The notes below the pieces were generated by a model, which saw only the letters and a list, made by a program, of their open reading frames with translations, had not been told where the DNA came from and did not search any database. From an uncultured Actinomycetota bacterium (GTDB taxonomy: Bacteria > Actinomycetota > Actinomycetes > Propionibacteriales > Nocardioidaceae), in assembly GCA_963763065.1 (NCBI GenBank), contig CAVXMY010000005.1, positions 42,031 to 106,030 on the forward strand: a DNA stretch of 64,000 nucleotides. Direction: 5' to 3'. Positions 54,005 to 64,000 of this stretch are shown one piece after another; the first letter of the stretch is position 1, and each line of letters starts with the position of its first letter. The position numbers were made by a program, and so were the translations under genes.

Positions 54005-54035
54005 CATGTAAATCGGGGTTACGGTCGCTCAACAT
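54005..54035 (+). repeat. Left inverted repeat of the AbiEi-like cassette
   Basis: CATGTAAATCGGGGTTACGGTCGCTCAACAT. Confidence 0.85.
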
Positions 54036-54093
54036 TGGTTGTGCCACCGCGGTAGCGACCACAACCCTCACCGAGTACGTCGACCCGGTGCGC

Positions 54094-55095
54094 TCAGTGC
54101 CAGTCCTCCACGCTCCGTCGCCAGGCGGACTCGCCGACGCGGGCGATCGTCCGGCCCACCTCGCCACGCAGCCGGCGCAGCGTGCGCTCGCGGGCGCCAC
54201 CCATCAGGTCCGACCACACCACGCGCGACACGCCGTACCCGAGCGAGCGCAGCCAGTCCTCGCGCCGCTTCTCCGCCCACAGCACCTCCTCGCCCGGCCG
54301 GGCGTCGGCGTACGGACGCTCGCGGGCGTACTTCACGCGGCCGTCGAACTCGAAGAGGTGCCAGCCCACGCGCAGGTCGGCCCTCGCGCGTCGTGACCCG
54401 TCCACGATCTCGTGCTGCGGCTCCACCGGTCCCAGCCCCAGCTCAGTCACCAAGGCGCGCGTCAGCGTCTCCCCCGGCGACTCCGCCCGCCCGTCGGCGT
54501 CGTGGGCGACGGCTCGCGCCCTCGTGACGTGCGGCCAGCACTTCATGCCATGGACGACGCGCAGCAGCTCGCCCGCCTCGGTGCCGTTGCGCAGTGCCTG
54601 GTCGGCGACGACGAGACCGGCGAGGTAGCCGTCCTCCCGCGCGACGTCGAGAGCGGTGCGCGCCGGCGCCGTGACGACGAAGCCGTCGACCGTGGTGCGA
54701 TCGAGCTGGGGGACCCGGGCCGGGTGGTAGCTCACGCCGTGCTCGGTGCGGCCGCCGTTGACCCCCGGCCGCGTGAGGTGCACGAGGTCGGGGACGCGAA
54801 GTGGCGCCAGCCCGAGAAGCACGGCACCCGACGCGTGGCTGACGATGCCCGGGTCACGGGCGTTGAGCAGCGCCGCCTCGACCGCCAGTCGGTGGCGTTG
54901 GCGGTCGTCCGACGCGGACCACAGCGAACGGGCGACGTACACGCCACGGCGTACGACGTGCCACTCCCCCTGCGGCTTGGTGAGGGTGCGCAGCTCGCGC
55001 TCGGTGTAGCCGACCGCCTTGGCCTGGGCGCGGGTGACGAGGCCTGACTGACGGCGCGAGTGGGCGGCGAGCGCTGGACGCATGGGCCGCAGCAT
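54094..55095 (-). CDS. AbiEi N-terminal domain plus DUF559/restriction-like domain protein
   Basis: QSGLVTRAQA, VRRGVY, VSHASGA, RTALDVAR, AESPGET, RADL...EFDGRVKY, EKRREDWLR. Confidence 0.85.
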   Translation of the reverse strand: MLRPMRPALAAHSRRQSGLVTRAQAKAVGYTERELRTLTKPQGEWHVVRRGVYVARSLWSASDDRQRHRLAVEAALLNARDPGIVSHASGAVLLGLAPLRVPDLVHLTRPGVNGGRTEHGVSYHPARVPQLDRTTVDGFVVTAPARTALDVAREDGYLAGLVVADQALRNGTEAGELLRVVHGMKCWPHVTRARAVAHDADGRAESPGETLTRALVTELGLGPVEPQHEIVDGSRRARADLRVGWHLFEFDGRVKYARERPYADARPGEEVLWAEKRREDWLRSLGYGVSRVVWSDLMGGARERTLRRLRGEVGRTIARVGESAWRRSVEDWH

Positions 55096-55246
55096 CGGGA
55101 GTCGCCGACAGTTCGGCCGGACGACGAGCGAGCCTGAGGACAACTCCCGGGCATGGCGCCTGAGGACGACAACCGGCGTACGGGACGAGCCGGTGTGTCC
55201 GGCGTACTTGGGCGGTGCTGTGGTCGCTCAGTGAGCGTTGCACGCT

Positions 55247-55277
55247 ATGTGAAGCGACCATAACCCCGATTTACATG
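55247..55277 (-). repeat. Right inverted repeat of the AbiEi-like cassette
   Basis: Reverse complement CATGTAAATCGGGGTTATGGTCGCTTCACAT; 28 of 31 positions match the left repeat. Confidence 0.85.
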
Positions 55278-56227
55278 CGGGAGAGGGCCTGCGTCAGGCG
55301 GGTGGCGGGGCTCTCGAGGGCCCAGCGCTCGGCCAGGGCGACGACGTCGTCGGGCGAGCGCGGCGACGCCGGGAGCTCGAGGTCCGGCGAGCCGAGGTCG
55401 AGGTCGCACGCGACCCGGACGACGGTGGGCGCGACCTCGAGGTACGCCGCCGCGTCGCGCAGCTTGCCGCGCGGGCCGGGCGCGAGGTCGGAGGCAGGGT
55501 CCTCGACCGCCGCCAGGAGGTCCTCGATCGTGCGGAAGCGCCGCAGCAGCGTCGCTGCGGTCTTCTCCCCCACGCCGGCCACCCCGGGCAGCCCGTCGGA
55601 GGCGTCGCCGCGCAGGGTCGCGAAGTCGGCGTACTGCGCAGCGTCGATGCCGTACTTCTCGCGCACCCAGGCGTTGGTGACCCGCTCGTGCCGGCTGACG
55701 CCCCGCGCGACGTACAGCACGCGCACCTCGCGCTCGTCGTCGACCAGCTGGAAGAGGTCACGGTCGCCGGTGACGATGTCGACCGGCATCTCCGCGGTGG
55801 TGGCGAGCGTGCCGATGACGTCGTCAGCCTCGTAGCCGTCCGCGCCCACCACGGCCAGGCCGAAGGCCTCCAGCACGTCCAGGATCACCGGCACCTGCGT
55901 CTCCAGAGCGTCCGGCACCACCTCGACGTCCGGGGCCACCGGCCGCTCGACGACCACGCGGTGGGCCTTGTACGACGGCAGCAGGTCGACGCGCCACTGC
56001 GGGCGCCAGTCGTTGTCCCAGCAGCAGGCCAGGTGGGTCGGGTGGTACTCCCCCACCAGCCGGCTGATGAAGTCCATCAGCCCCCGGACCGCGTTGACGG
56101 GGGTGCCGTCGGGCGCGGTGATCGAGTCGGGCACGCCGAAGAACGCGCGGAAGTACAGCGACGCGGTGTCGAGCAGCAGGAGCTTCTCGGTGGGCTCGGT
56201 GGGCGGAGGCGGCGGAGACATGGGCAC
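55271..56227 (-). CDS. 5'-3' exonuclease / flap endonuclease (Rv2090-like)
   Basis: LLDTASLYFRAF, YKAHR, EADDVIGT, TGDRD, RGDASDGLPGVAGVGEKTA. Confidence 0.94.
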   Translation of the reverse strand: MPMSPPPPPTEPTEKLLLLDTASLYFRAFFGVPDSITAPDGTPVNAVRGLMDFISRLVGEYHPTHLACCWDNDWRPQWRVDLLPSYKAHRVVVERPVAPDVEVVPDALETQVPVILDVLEAFGLAVVGADGYEADDVIGTLATTAEMPVDIVTGDRDLFQLVDDEREVRVLYVARGVSRHERVTNAWVREKYGIDAAQYADFATLRGDASDGLPGVAGVGEKTAATLLRRFRTIEDLLAAVEDPASDLAPGPRGKLRDAAAYLEVAPTVVRVACDLDLGSPDLELPASPRSPDDVVALAERWALESPATRLTQALSRM

Positions 56228-56251
56228 GACGGTAGCGAGCCTGGACCCGCG

Positions 56252-56975
56252 CTAGTCGGTGCCCGCCTCGATCCTGCGGACCCGGCGGCGCCCGGCGCGT
56301 CCGCAGAGGGTCTCCAGCCGCACCGACCCCAGCCGGCGGCGGACCCTGCGGCGGACGGTGCCGTCGGCGAGGTAGCGGTAGAGACCGTCACCGGGGCAGG
56401 CGGTTGCGGCCCAGTCCCGGTGCCCGCTGATCTCGCCGGGCAGGGCGTCAAAGCGAGCGCAGGCCCAGGCGGCCACGTCGATCGCCGCCGACAGCTGGGC
56501 GCGCGGGAGACCCTGGACGTCGAAGTTGCCGATGCACAGGATGAGCAGGTGCCCGGCCGGGTCGTAGCTCGTGCGGGTGTCGCCCCGCGCCCACGGCGGC
56601 CGGCCCTGGTAGACGTTGCCGTGCCGGTCGACCAGGTAGTGGTAGGCGATGTCCGGCCACCCCTCGGCCTGGTGGTCCCTCTGGTAGCTGCGGAGGTGGG
56701 TCGGAGCCTCCCGGTTGTCACCCAGCCGGACCCCGCTGTGGTGGATGGTCACCCGCTCGACGACGTGGGGCACGAACGGGCCGGAGGCCGGCTGCGCGCC
56801 CCACGCCTCGCGGCAGATGACCTGGACGTTCCTGACCGCTCCGGCCGCCGGGGACGGAGCCACGACACCGGCCGAGAGCGACGCCGCCACGACGGCGGGC
56901 GACGTCGTGACCAGGCCCGCGCCGGCTGACCTTGGGTGCCCCGCTGGCTGCTCTGTCCCCTGCTCTGTCCCCCAT
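56252..56975 (-). CDS. PGRP-type N-acetylmuramoyl-L-alanine amidase, probably Tat-exported (frameshift near 56915)
   Basis: CREAWGA, TIHHS, WPDIAYHYLV, GHRD, TACPG; SRRG followed by a hydrophobic stretch. Confidence 0.85.
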
Positions 56976-57069
56976 GGCCGCCACCTACCCGGGAGGCGGT
57001 GTGCCAAACGGGCGCGCCGCGCTCCGGACACCACCGACCAGCCGCCTCACCCCCGTTAGGGTGTGGCCC

Positions 57070-57510
57070 GTGGAAGACACCGACCGCGAGATCCTGAGGC
57101 TCCTGGCCGCAGACGGCCGCATGTCGTTCACCGACCTCGGCAAGGCCACGGGCCTGTCGACCAGCGCGGTGCACCAGCGCGTCAAGCGGCTGGAGAGCCG
57201 GGGGCTGATCAAGTCCTACGCCGCGGTGCTGGACTACGACGCGGCCGGGCTGCCGCTGACCGCGTTCATCTCCATCCGTCCCATCGACGCCTCGCAGCCA
57301 GACGACTCCCCGGACCGGCTGACGGACATCGGCGAGATCGAGTCGTGCTGGTCGGTCGCGGGCGACGCGTCGTACCTGCTCAAGGTGCGGGTGGCCGGGC
57401 CCACCGCCCTCGAGGACCTCCTCGCCCGGGTGCGGGCCGCGGCCAACGTCACGACGCGGACGACGATCGTGCTCTCGACGCCCTACGAGGGTCGGCCCGT
57501 CACCGGCTGA
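57070..57510 (+). CDS. Lrp/AsnC family regulator
   Basis: DREILRLLAADGRMSFTDLG...AVHQRVKRLE...VAGDASYLLKV. Confidence 0.94.
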   Translation: MEDTDREILRLLAADGRMSFTDLGKATGLSTSAVHQRVKRLESRGLIKSYAAVLDYDAAGLPLTAFISIRPIDASQPDDSPDRLTDIGEIESCWSVAGDASYLLKVRVAGPTALEDLLARVRAAANVTTRTTIVLSTPYEGRPVTG

Positions 57511-57517
57511 GCGCGCC

Positions 57518-60315
57518 TCACTCGGCCAGCGAGGAGTAGGCCACCACGCCCCGGCGCAGGGCGTCGCCCACCTCGCGGGCGGTCGCCCGGAGCTCGGGGG
57601 TCGGCGCCGCCTCGGCCACCTGGCCGGTGAGGTCGAGCAGCTGCTTCATCCACCGGACGAAGTCGCCGGCGGCCAGGTCGGTCTCGGTGAGCACCTCGTC
57701 GAGGCTGCCGCCCGAGGCCCACCGCTGCGCCGCCCACGCGAAGCCCAGGTCGGGCTCGCGCAGGAAGTCGACCCGGTTGTCCTTCTCCACCCGGGAGAGC
57801 TCCGCCCACAGCGACACCATGCGACCCAGCACCTCGCGCACCTCGCCGCGCGGAGGCCGGGGCGAGGTGGCGTCGTCGGCGCCGCCGCGACTCGTAGACC
57901 AGCACCGACAGGGCTGCGGCCAGGTCGGGCGCCGACAGGCCGTCCCAGAGGCCGCCCCGCAGGCACTCCGAGACCACGAGGTCGAGCTCGGTGTAGATCC
58001 GCATGAGCACGTCGCCCGCGGGCGTGACGCGGTCCTCCTCGAGGTAGCCCAGCGAGGTGAGCACGTCGCAGACGCGGTCGAACTGCCGGGCGATGGTGTT
58101 GGTGCGCGACTCGATGCGCCGGCGGAGGGTGGCCGTCTCCCGCTGCAGCTTCTGGTGGCGCTCGGCCCACCGCGCGTGCGACTCGCGGTCGGCGCAGCCG
58201 TGGCAGGGGTGGGCGCGCAGCTCGGCGCGCAGGCGGCTGATCTCCTGCTCGTGCTCGGCCTGCACGCGGCCGTGCGCGCGCCGCGAGCCCGCACCCTTCG
58301 CGCCGGGGTGCCGGCCGGGGTCGAGGTCGCGGGTCCGCAGGCGCGAGCGTGTTCGCCAGGTCGCGCCGCTGCTGGGGGTTGCGACCGTTGAAGTTGCGCG
58401 GCACCTTCAGCCGCGAGGCCGCGGCGACCGGCTGGTTGAAGTCGACCATCGCCAGGCGGCGGGCCTGCCGGTCCTCGGTGAGCACGTAGGGGCGCGGGTC
58501 GGCCCGGTCCGACGGGCTGCCCGGGTCGATCACGACGGCGCACCCGGCGTACTTGCCGGTCGGCACCTCGATGACGTCCCCGGGCCGCAGCGACTCGAGC
58601 GACTCCACGATCTCCTCGCGCCGGTCCTGCTTGCGGGCCCGGGCTGACGCCGCCTCGACGTCGGAGAGCCGGCGCCGCAGCCCGGCGTACTCCATGAAGT
58701 CCCCGAGGTGGCACTGCGCGGCCTCGGCGTAGCCCTCGAGCCCCTCGTCGGCCTTGCGGAGCTGGCGGGCCAGCCCGACGACCGCCTTGTCGGCCTGGAA
58801 CTGCGCGAACGACGACTCCAGCAGCTCCCGCGCGGTCGTCGCGGCCGAACTGGTCGCACCAGGTTGACCGCCATGTTGTACGACGGCCGGAACGACGAGC
58901 GCAGCGGATAGGTCCGCGTCGAGGCGAGGCCCGGCCACCGACCGCGGATCCATGCCGGGGGCCCACAGCACGACGCCGTGGCCCTCGACGTCGATGCCCG
59001 CGCCGCCCGGCGCGCCCGGTGAGCTGGGTGTACTCCCCCGGCGTGATGTCGGCGTGGGTCTCGCCGTTCCACTTGACGAGCTTCTCGATGACCACCGACC
59101 GGGCCGGCATGTTGATGCCCAGCGCGAGCGTCTCGGTGGCGAAGACGACCCGGCACCTGCCGGCGGCGAACAGCTCCTCCACGCACTCCTTGAAGGTCGG
59201 CAGCATGCCCGGCGTGGTGCGCGGCGATGCCGCGGCTGAGGCCGTCGAGGAAGTCGTGGTAGCCCAGGACGTGGAGGTCGTCGTCGGGGATGTGCGCGGC
59301 ACTTCTCCTCGACGAAGGCACGGATCTCGTCGCGCTCGGCAGGGGTGGTCAGCCGCAGGTTGGCGTGCAGGCACTGCTGCACCGCGGCGTCGCAGCCGAC
59401 CCGGCTGAAGATGAAGTAGATCGCGGGCAGCAGCGCGTCGCGCTCGAGCCGGTCGACGACGTCGAACCGGGTCGGCAGCCCGCCGCGCGGCGGCGGCCCC
59501 CCGCGCCCTCCTCGTGGCGCCCTGCCCCTGCCCTTCTGCGGCGCCCGCCGGTCCGACGTGCGCCGGGAGCGCCAGTCGTCGCGCGCGACCCGCATCAGCT
59601 CGGGGTTGACCCGCGCGTCCGGGCCGGCGAAGCCGGTGCCGTCCTCGAACAGGTCGAACAGCCGCCGCCCCACCATCACGTGCTGGTAGAGCGGCACCGG
59701 ACGGGTCTCCTCGACGATGGTCGTGGTCGAGCCCCGGACGGTCGCGAGCCACTCGCCGAACTCCTCGGCGTTGGACACCGTCGCCGACAGCGACACCACG
59801 GCCACCGACTCCGGCAGGTGGATGATGACCTCCTCCCACACCGCGCCGCGCGATCCGGTCGGCGAGGTAGTGCACCTCGTCCATGACGACGAAGCCGAGG
59901 CCGAGCAGGGTCCGCGAGCCGGCGTAGAGCATGTTGCGCAGCACCTCGGTGGTCATCACGACCACCGGCGCCTCGCCGTTGACGCTGTTGTCGCCGGTGA
60001 GCAGGCCGACCTTGTCGGGGCCGTAGCGGCGCACGAGGTCGGCGTACTTCTGGTTCGAGAGCGCCTTGATCGGCGTGGTGTAGAAGCACTTGCGGCCCTG
60101 GTGCAGCGCCAGGTGCACCGCGAACTCGCCGACGATGGTCTTGCCGGACCCGGTCGGTGCGGCGACCAGGACGCCGTCGCCGTCCTCGACCGCCTCGCAC
60201 GCCCGCACCTGGAAGTCGTCGAGCGGGAAGTCGTAGAGCTGCGCGGAAGTCGGCCAGCACCGGCGTGCGGCTGCTCGGGGCGGAACTTCGCGTAGCGCTC
60301 GGCAGGGGTGCTCAC
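57518..60315 (-). CDS. helY: Ski2-like DEAD/DEAH helicase HelY (many frameshifts)
   Basis: APTGSGKT, TPIKALSNQK, DEVH, SAT, TETLALGINMPA, GRAGRRG, AGDFVRW. Confidence 0.93.
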
Positions 60316-61210
60316 GCCGCGTGCCCCCTCGCCCACCAGCACCGTCGAGCGCGCCGGGGTCGGAGCTGACCGTCAGCGGCAGCGGGCCCGAGCCGCTCGC
60401 CGTCGGCGTACGCCACGATGCCGGCGCGCCGCGACGGTCACCTGCCGGACCCGGTGGTGCTCGTAGGCCGGGTGGGAGCGGTGGGTGCCGGTGAACAGCC
60501 GCGGGTAGGTGCGCACCAGGTCGGGCTTGGACATCGGGTGGAAGAAGACCACGTCGAGCAGCCCGTCGTCGAGGTCGGCGCCCTCGTGATCCGCAGGCCC
60601 GCCGCCGAAGGACGGCCCGTTGCCGACCGCGACCATCATCGCCCGCACCCGGCCTGGCTCGCCCGTCGAGGTCGAGGGTGTAGTCGAGCGGCTGGAAGGT
60701 GCGCAGCTCGGCGACCGTCGCGAGGTTGTACCTCATCTGCCCCCGCGGCCAGCGCATGCCGGTTGGCGCGCTCGTTGACCACGGCGTCGAAGCCGGCGGA
60801 GAGCACGCAGAGGAAGTACGTCGGCCCGGTGCGTGCGAGGTCGACGGTGCGCCGGCGCCCGCCGATGACCACGTCGGTCGCGGCGAGCGGGTTGTCCCGC
60901 GGGACGGCGAAGTAGCGGGCCGCGTCGTTGCCGGTGCCGGCCGGGATCACGCCCAGCGCGGTGGAGGTGTGGGCGAGCACCTGCAGCGCCAGGTGCACCA
61001 TGCCGTCGCCGCCGACCACGACCAGGGTCTCGACGCCGTCCTGCACGGCCTGCGTGGGCGAGGTCCCGCGCCTCCTCGGCGTCGCGGCCCTGCAGCCTCC
61101 GCACGGGGAATCCGGCGTCGCGGAGGCGGGCCACCGCCAGGTCGGTCGTGCGTCCGGCGAGGCCCCTGCCCGAGGTCGGGTTGCGTCAGCACGCGCGATG
61201 TCGCGGCCAC
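60312..61210 (-). CDS. Diacylglycerol/lipid kinase family protein (frameshifts)
   Basis: VVGGDG, PAGTGNDAA, SAGFD, VGNGPSFGGG, DDGLLDV. Confidence 0.85.
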
Positions 61211-61237
61211 CTGCTCACCCTAGCCGTGGGGTGGCGC

Positions 61238-61652
61238 TCAGAGGCGCAGCGCGGCGGTGAAGCGCGCGGAGGGCGCGCCGACGGCCTTGGCGAGCCGGCG
61301 CAGCGACTCCAGGGCGCTGTCGACCTCGACGTCCACCCCGGGGCACACCAGGGTCAGCCGCCCGGCGATCTCGAGCAGCAGCACCTGCTGCAGCGCCCAC
61401 TGCGCGTGGGCCTCGCGCCGCCAGCTCTCCGGGAGCGCGGGCTCGGGGTAGGCGCGGTCGCAGGCGAGCACGTCGCACGCGAGCGGTGCCGGAGCGTCGG
61501 GCCGCGCGGGTGCGGCGCGAGCTCGCCCGGCACCAGCGGCGTCCCGAGCGCCACCCCGGGGCGCCAGACGCACCTCGTCGCTCCCCCACCCACTCGGGCA
61601 GGTCGAAGGCGTCGACGGCGACGGCCTCGGCGCGGGGTCCGGGTACGCGCAC
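61238..61652 (-). CDS. Hypothetical protein (frameshifts)
   Basis: DAFDLPEWVG...LACDVLACDRAYP...LRRLAKAVGA. Confidence 0.6.
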
Positions 61653-62559
61653 TCAGTCGTCCTCGTCGAGGTCGCGAGCGTGCGCACCTGCTCGGGCGCG
61701 GTAGTCGAGCGTCGACTGCTCGTCGTCGGCGAGGTCGCCGCCGAGCTCCTCACGCGGCGACGGGCGCGCCGCCGGTCGATCAGCCGGGCGATGACCTCGG
61801 AGACGATGAAGAGCACCGTCATCGGCAGCGCCAGCATCAGCATCGAGAACGGGTCGGTCGACGGCGTCGCGACGGCGGCGAAGACGAAGGTGCCCAGGAT
61901 GATCCACGGCCGGTACTCCGCCAGCGCACGGCCCGGGACCACCCCGGCGAGGTTGAGCAGGATGACGAAGAGCGGGATCTCGAAGGCGATGCCGAAGACC
62001 AGCAGCATCCGGGTGAAGAACGAGAAGTACTCGCCGAACTCGACGAGGTTCTCCAGCGCGGCCGGGGTGAAGCCGATGAGCACCTCGAGGCCCGCGCGGC
62101 AGCACGTAGTAGCCGGTGGCCACGCCCGACCACGAACAGCGGCCCGGCGACCCCGGCGAAGACCCTGCGACCACTTCCGCTCGTTGGCGTGCAGGCCGGG
62201 CAGGATGAACGCCCAGATCTGGTAGAGCCAGTAGGGGCTGGAGACCACGATGCCGGTGATGCCGCGCGAGCTTCAGGTGGAGCAGCAGCGGGCCGCCGGC
62301 GCCCTTGACGTAGGCCTTGGTCTCGACGTCCTGGCCGAGAGCCTCACGCGCCTGGTCGTAGGGCGACATGCACCAGCTCGAGCAGGAAGTCGAAGAAGAA
62401 CAGCGAGACGACCATGCAGGCGAGGATCGCGACCACCGAGCGCAGGATGCGCCCGCGCAGCTCACGGAAGTGGTCGGCGAGCGCCATGCGCCCGTCGGGC
62501 GTCACGGGTGACTGAGGCTTCGTCCGGAACATCCGGACGATGCTGGTGGCGACGCTCAC
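61653..62559 (-). CDS. tatC: Twin-arginine translocase TatC (frameshifts)
   Basis: [48 protein letters not shown]. Confidence 0.93.
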
Positions 62560-62898
62560 GGACGGGCGACGGCGGTGTCAGCTGCGGCGCGGTTCAGCGC
62601 TGGTCGCCAGGGCGCTCGTCGTACGAGAGGTCGGTGCGCACGGAGTCGGTGCGCAGCGGACCGCGCGGTCCCTCGATCTCGCGGGTCTGGTCGACCTCGG
62701 ACGCCGCGTCGGGGTCCTTGGCGCGGTGCCTTGTCGTCGCTGCTCTCGTCGTCGTCCATCAGCCCCTTGGTCTCGGCCTTGAAGATCCGCAGCGCGCGAC
62801 CGCTGCCCCGAGCCAGCTCGGGGAGCTTCTTGGCGCCGAAGAGCAGCACGAGGACCAGGATGATCAGGGTGATCTCGAGAGCGCCGATGTTGCCCATC
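62556..62898 (-). CDS. tatA: Twin-arginine translocase TatA
   Basis: [31 protein letters not shown]. Confidence 0.93.
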
Positions 62899-62951
62899 AG
62901 TGTCACTGCCTTCTCTGTCGGAGTCCCGCGGACCGGGGGTGCTCCACCATG

Positions 62952-63929
62952 TTACGCGTCGGGCGTCGGCGTAGCCGCGCCAGAGCGCGGTGCGCGGTGT
63001 CGGTGACCAGGGCACGCAGCTCCTGCGGCTCCACCAGCTCGGCCTCCGGCCGAGCCGCAGCATCAGGCCCACCAGCCACCGGGGGTGCGCCACCGGCACC
63101 GTGATCTCCAGCCCGCCGGCGAAGGGGCCGTCCTCCAGCTCGCGCACCTGCTCGACCGGGTAGTACTCCGTCACCCAGCGCGCGCTCGGGCCCACCCGCA
63201 CCGTGGCGGTGGGCGTCTCCGACGTCGGCCGGAAGACGCCCCGGCTCAGGTCGAGCGGGTCGCCGTGCGGGTCGACCGCGGTGTCGAGGATGTCGGCCGC
63301 GACCACGCGGTCGAGCCGGAAGAGCCGCTGCTCACGGCTCTCGTGGTCCCACGCGTCGAGGTAGAGGTGGCCCTGCGCCTCGGAGACCGCGATCGGGTCG
63401 ACCACCCGGGTGCGGACCTCGTCGCGGACGGCGGCGGCGTGGCTGAGGCGGACCTGCCGGCGGTTCGCGACCGCGTCGGCCAGGGTGGCGGCCAGGTCGC
63501 GCTCGGAGGCCTCCACGGGGGCGGAGACGCGGATCGTCGCGGCCTCGCCGACGGCCGCCCGCACCTTGGCCAGGGTGCGGTCCACGACCTCGTGGACCTC
63601 CGGGTCGCCGCTCTCGCGCAGGCGCCGTGAGGGCAGCGACCAGGGCGGCGCCCTCGCGGCTGCCGAGGCGGAGCGGCCGGGGCAGGAAGTCGGCGTCGCG
63701 GATGCGGATGATGCTGCGGTCCTCGAGCGCCTCGAAGTCGAAGTCGATGACCTCGCCGGGCAGCTGGCCGGGCAGGCCGCAGAACATCAGCACCTGCAGG
63801 TCGCGCTGGATCGTGCGCTCGGGCACGCCGAAGCGCTGGGCCGCCTCGGCGACCGAGACCTCGCCCTCGGCGCTGCAGGTAGGGCACCAGGGCCAGCAGC
63901 CTCGCGATCTGCTCCGCGGACGTGCTCAC
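62952..63929 (-). CDS. pafC: WYL-domain regulator PafC (frameshifts)
   Basis: RLLALVPYL, CGLPG, RVVDP, YLDAW, RLFRLDR, WVTEYYP; pafB-pafC-tatA-tatC-helY order. Confidence 0.9.
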
Positions 63930-64000
63930 CGGGTCACTGCCTCACCGGCAGCGGCCCGCAGGCTCGCCACCACCTGGTCGCGGAGGTCCTCCGGCTCCAG
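63926..64000 (-). CDS. pafB: PafB, 3' end
   Basis: LEPEDLRDQVVASLR...; GTGA overlap with pafC. Confidence 0.75.
   Translation of the reverse strand: MEPEDLRDQVVASLRAAAGEAVTR

Overview
High-GC actinobacterial chromosome segment (Nocardioides-like gene content and order), probably the replication-terminus region. Many genes carry single-base frameshifts typical of an unpolished long-read assembly. The backbone includes the Rv1830-like MerR regulator, gcvP, tldD/tldE, sbcDC, rlmC, sulP, a UvrA-like ATPase, a two-component system, bfd-bfr, HTH-murA, rbpA, fxsA, ppm1, lnt, a lysine-degradation cluster (kamA, kdd, kamD, kamE, kal), helY, tatAC and pafBC. The main discovery is at 17999-24323. A canonical chromosomal dif site (XerC arm TTCGCCGATAA, spacer TGCACA, XerD arm TTATGTCAACT, minus strand) is followed by two tandem ~3.1-3.2 kb copies of a small rolling-circle element with no integrase, each ending in a dif-like att site with an intact XerC arm and no XerD arm. 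The att site lies inside the element's HUH Rep gene, between motif II (PHLHLAV) and motif III (YLSKH). Integration therefore splits rep, and only the tandem junction or an excised circle restores it. The element, and not the flanking chromosome, shows patchy loss of cytosines on the + strand (CC->CT, C->A, C deletions), which suggests element-restricted cytosine modification or hypermutation, or a basecalling artefact. Other points: a REPIN-like inverted-repeat cassette around an AbiEi/DUF559-like gene, a candidate sRNA upstream of lnt, an unannotated zinc-finger microprotein ending in dif, and several regulatory sites. All calls come from reading the sequence by eye; no database searches were run.
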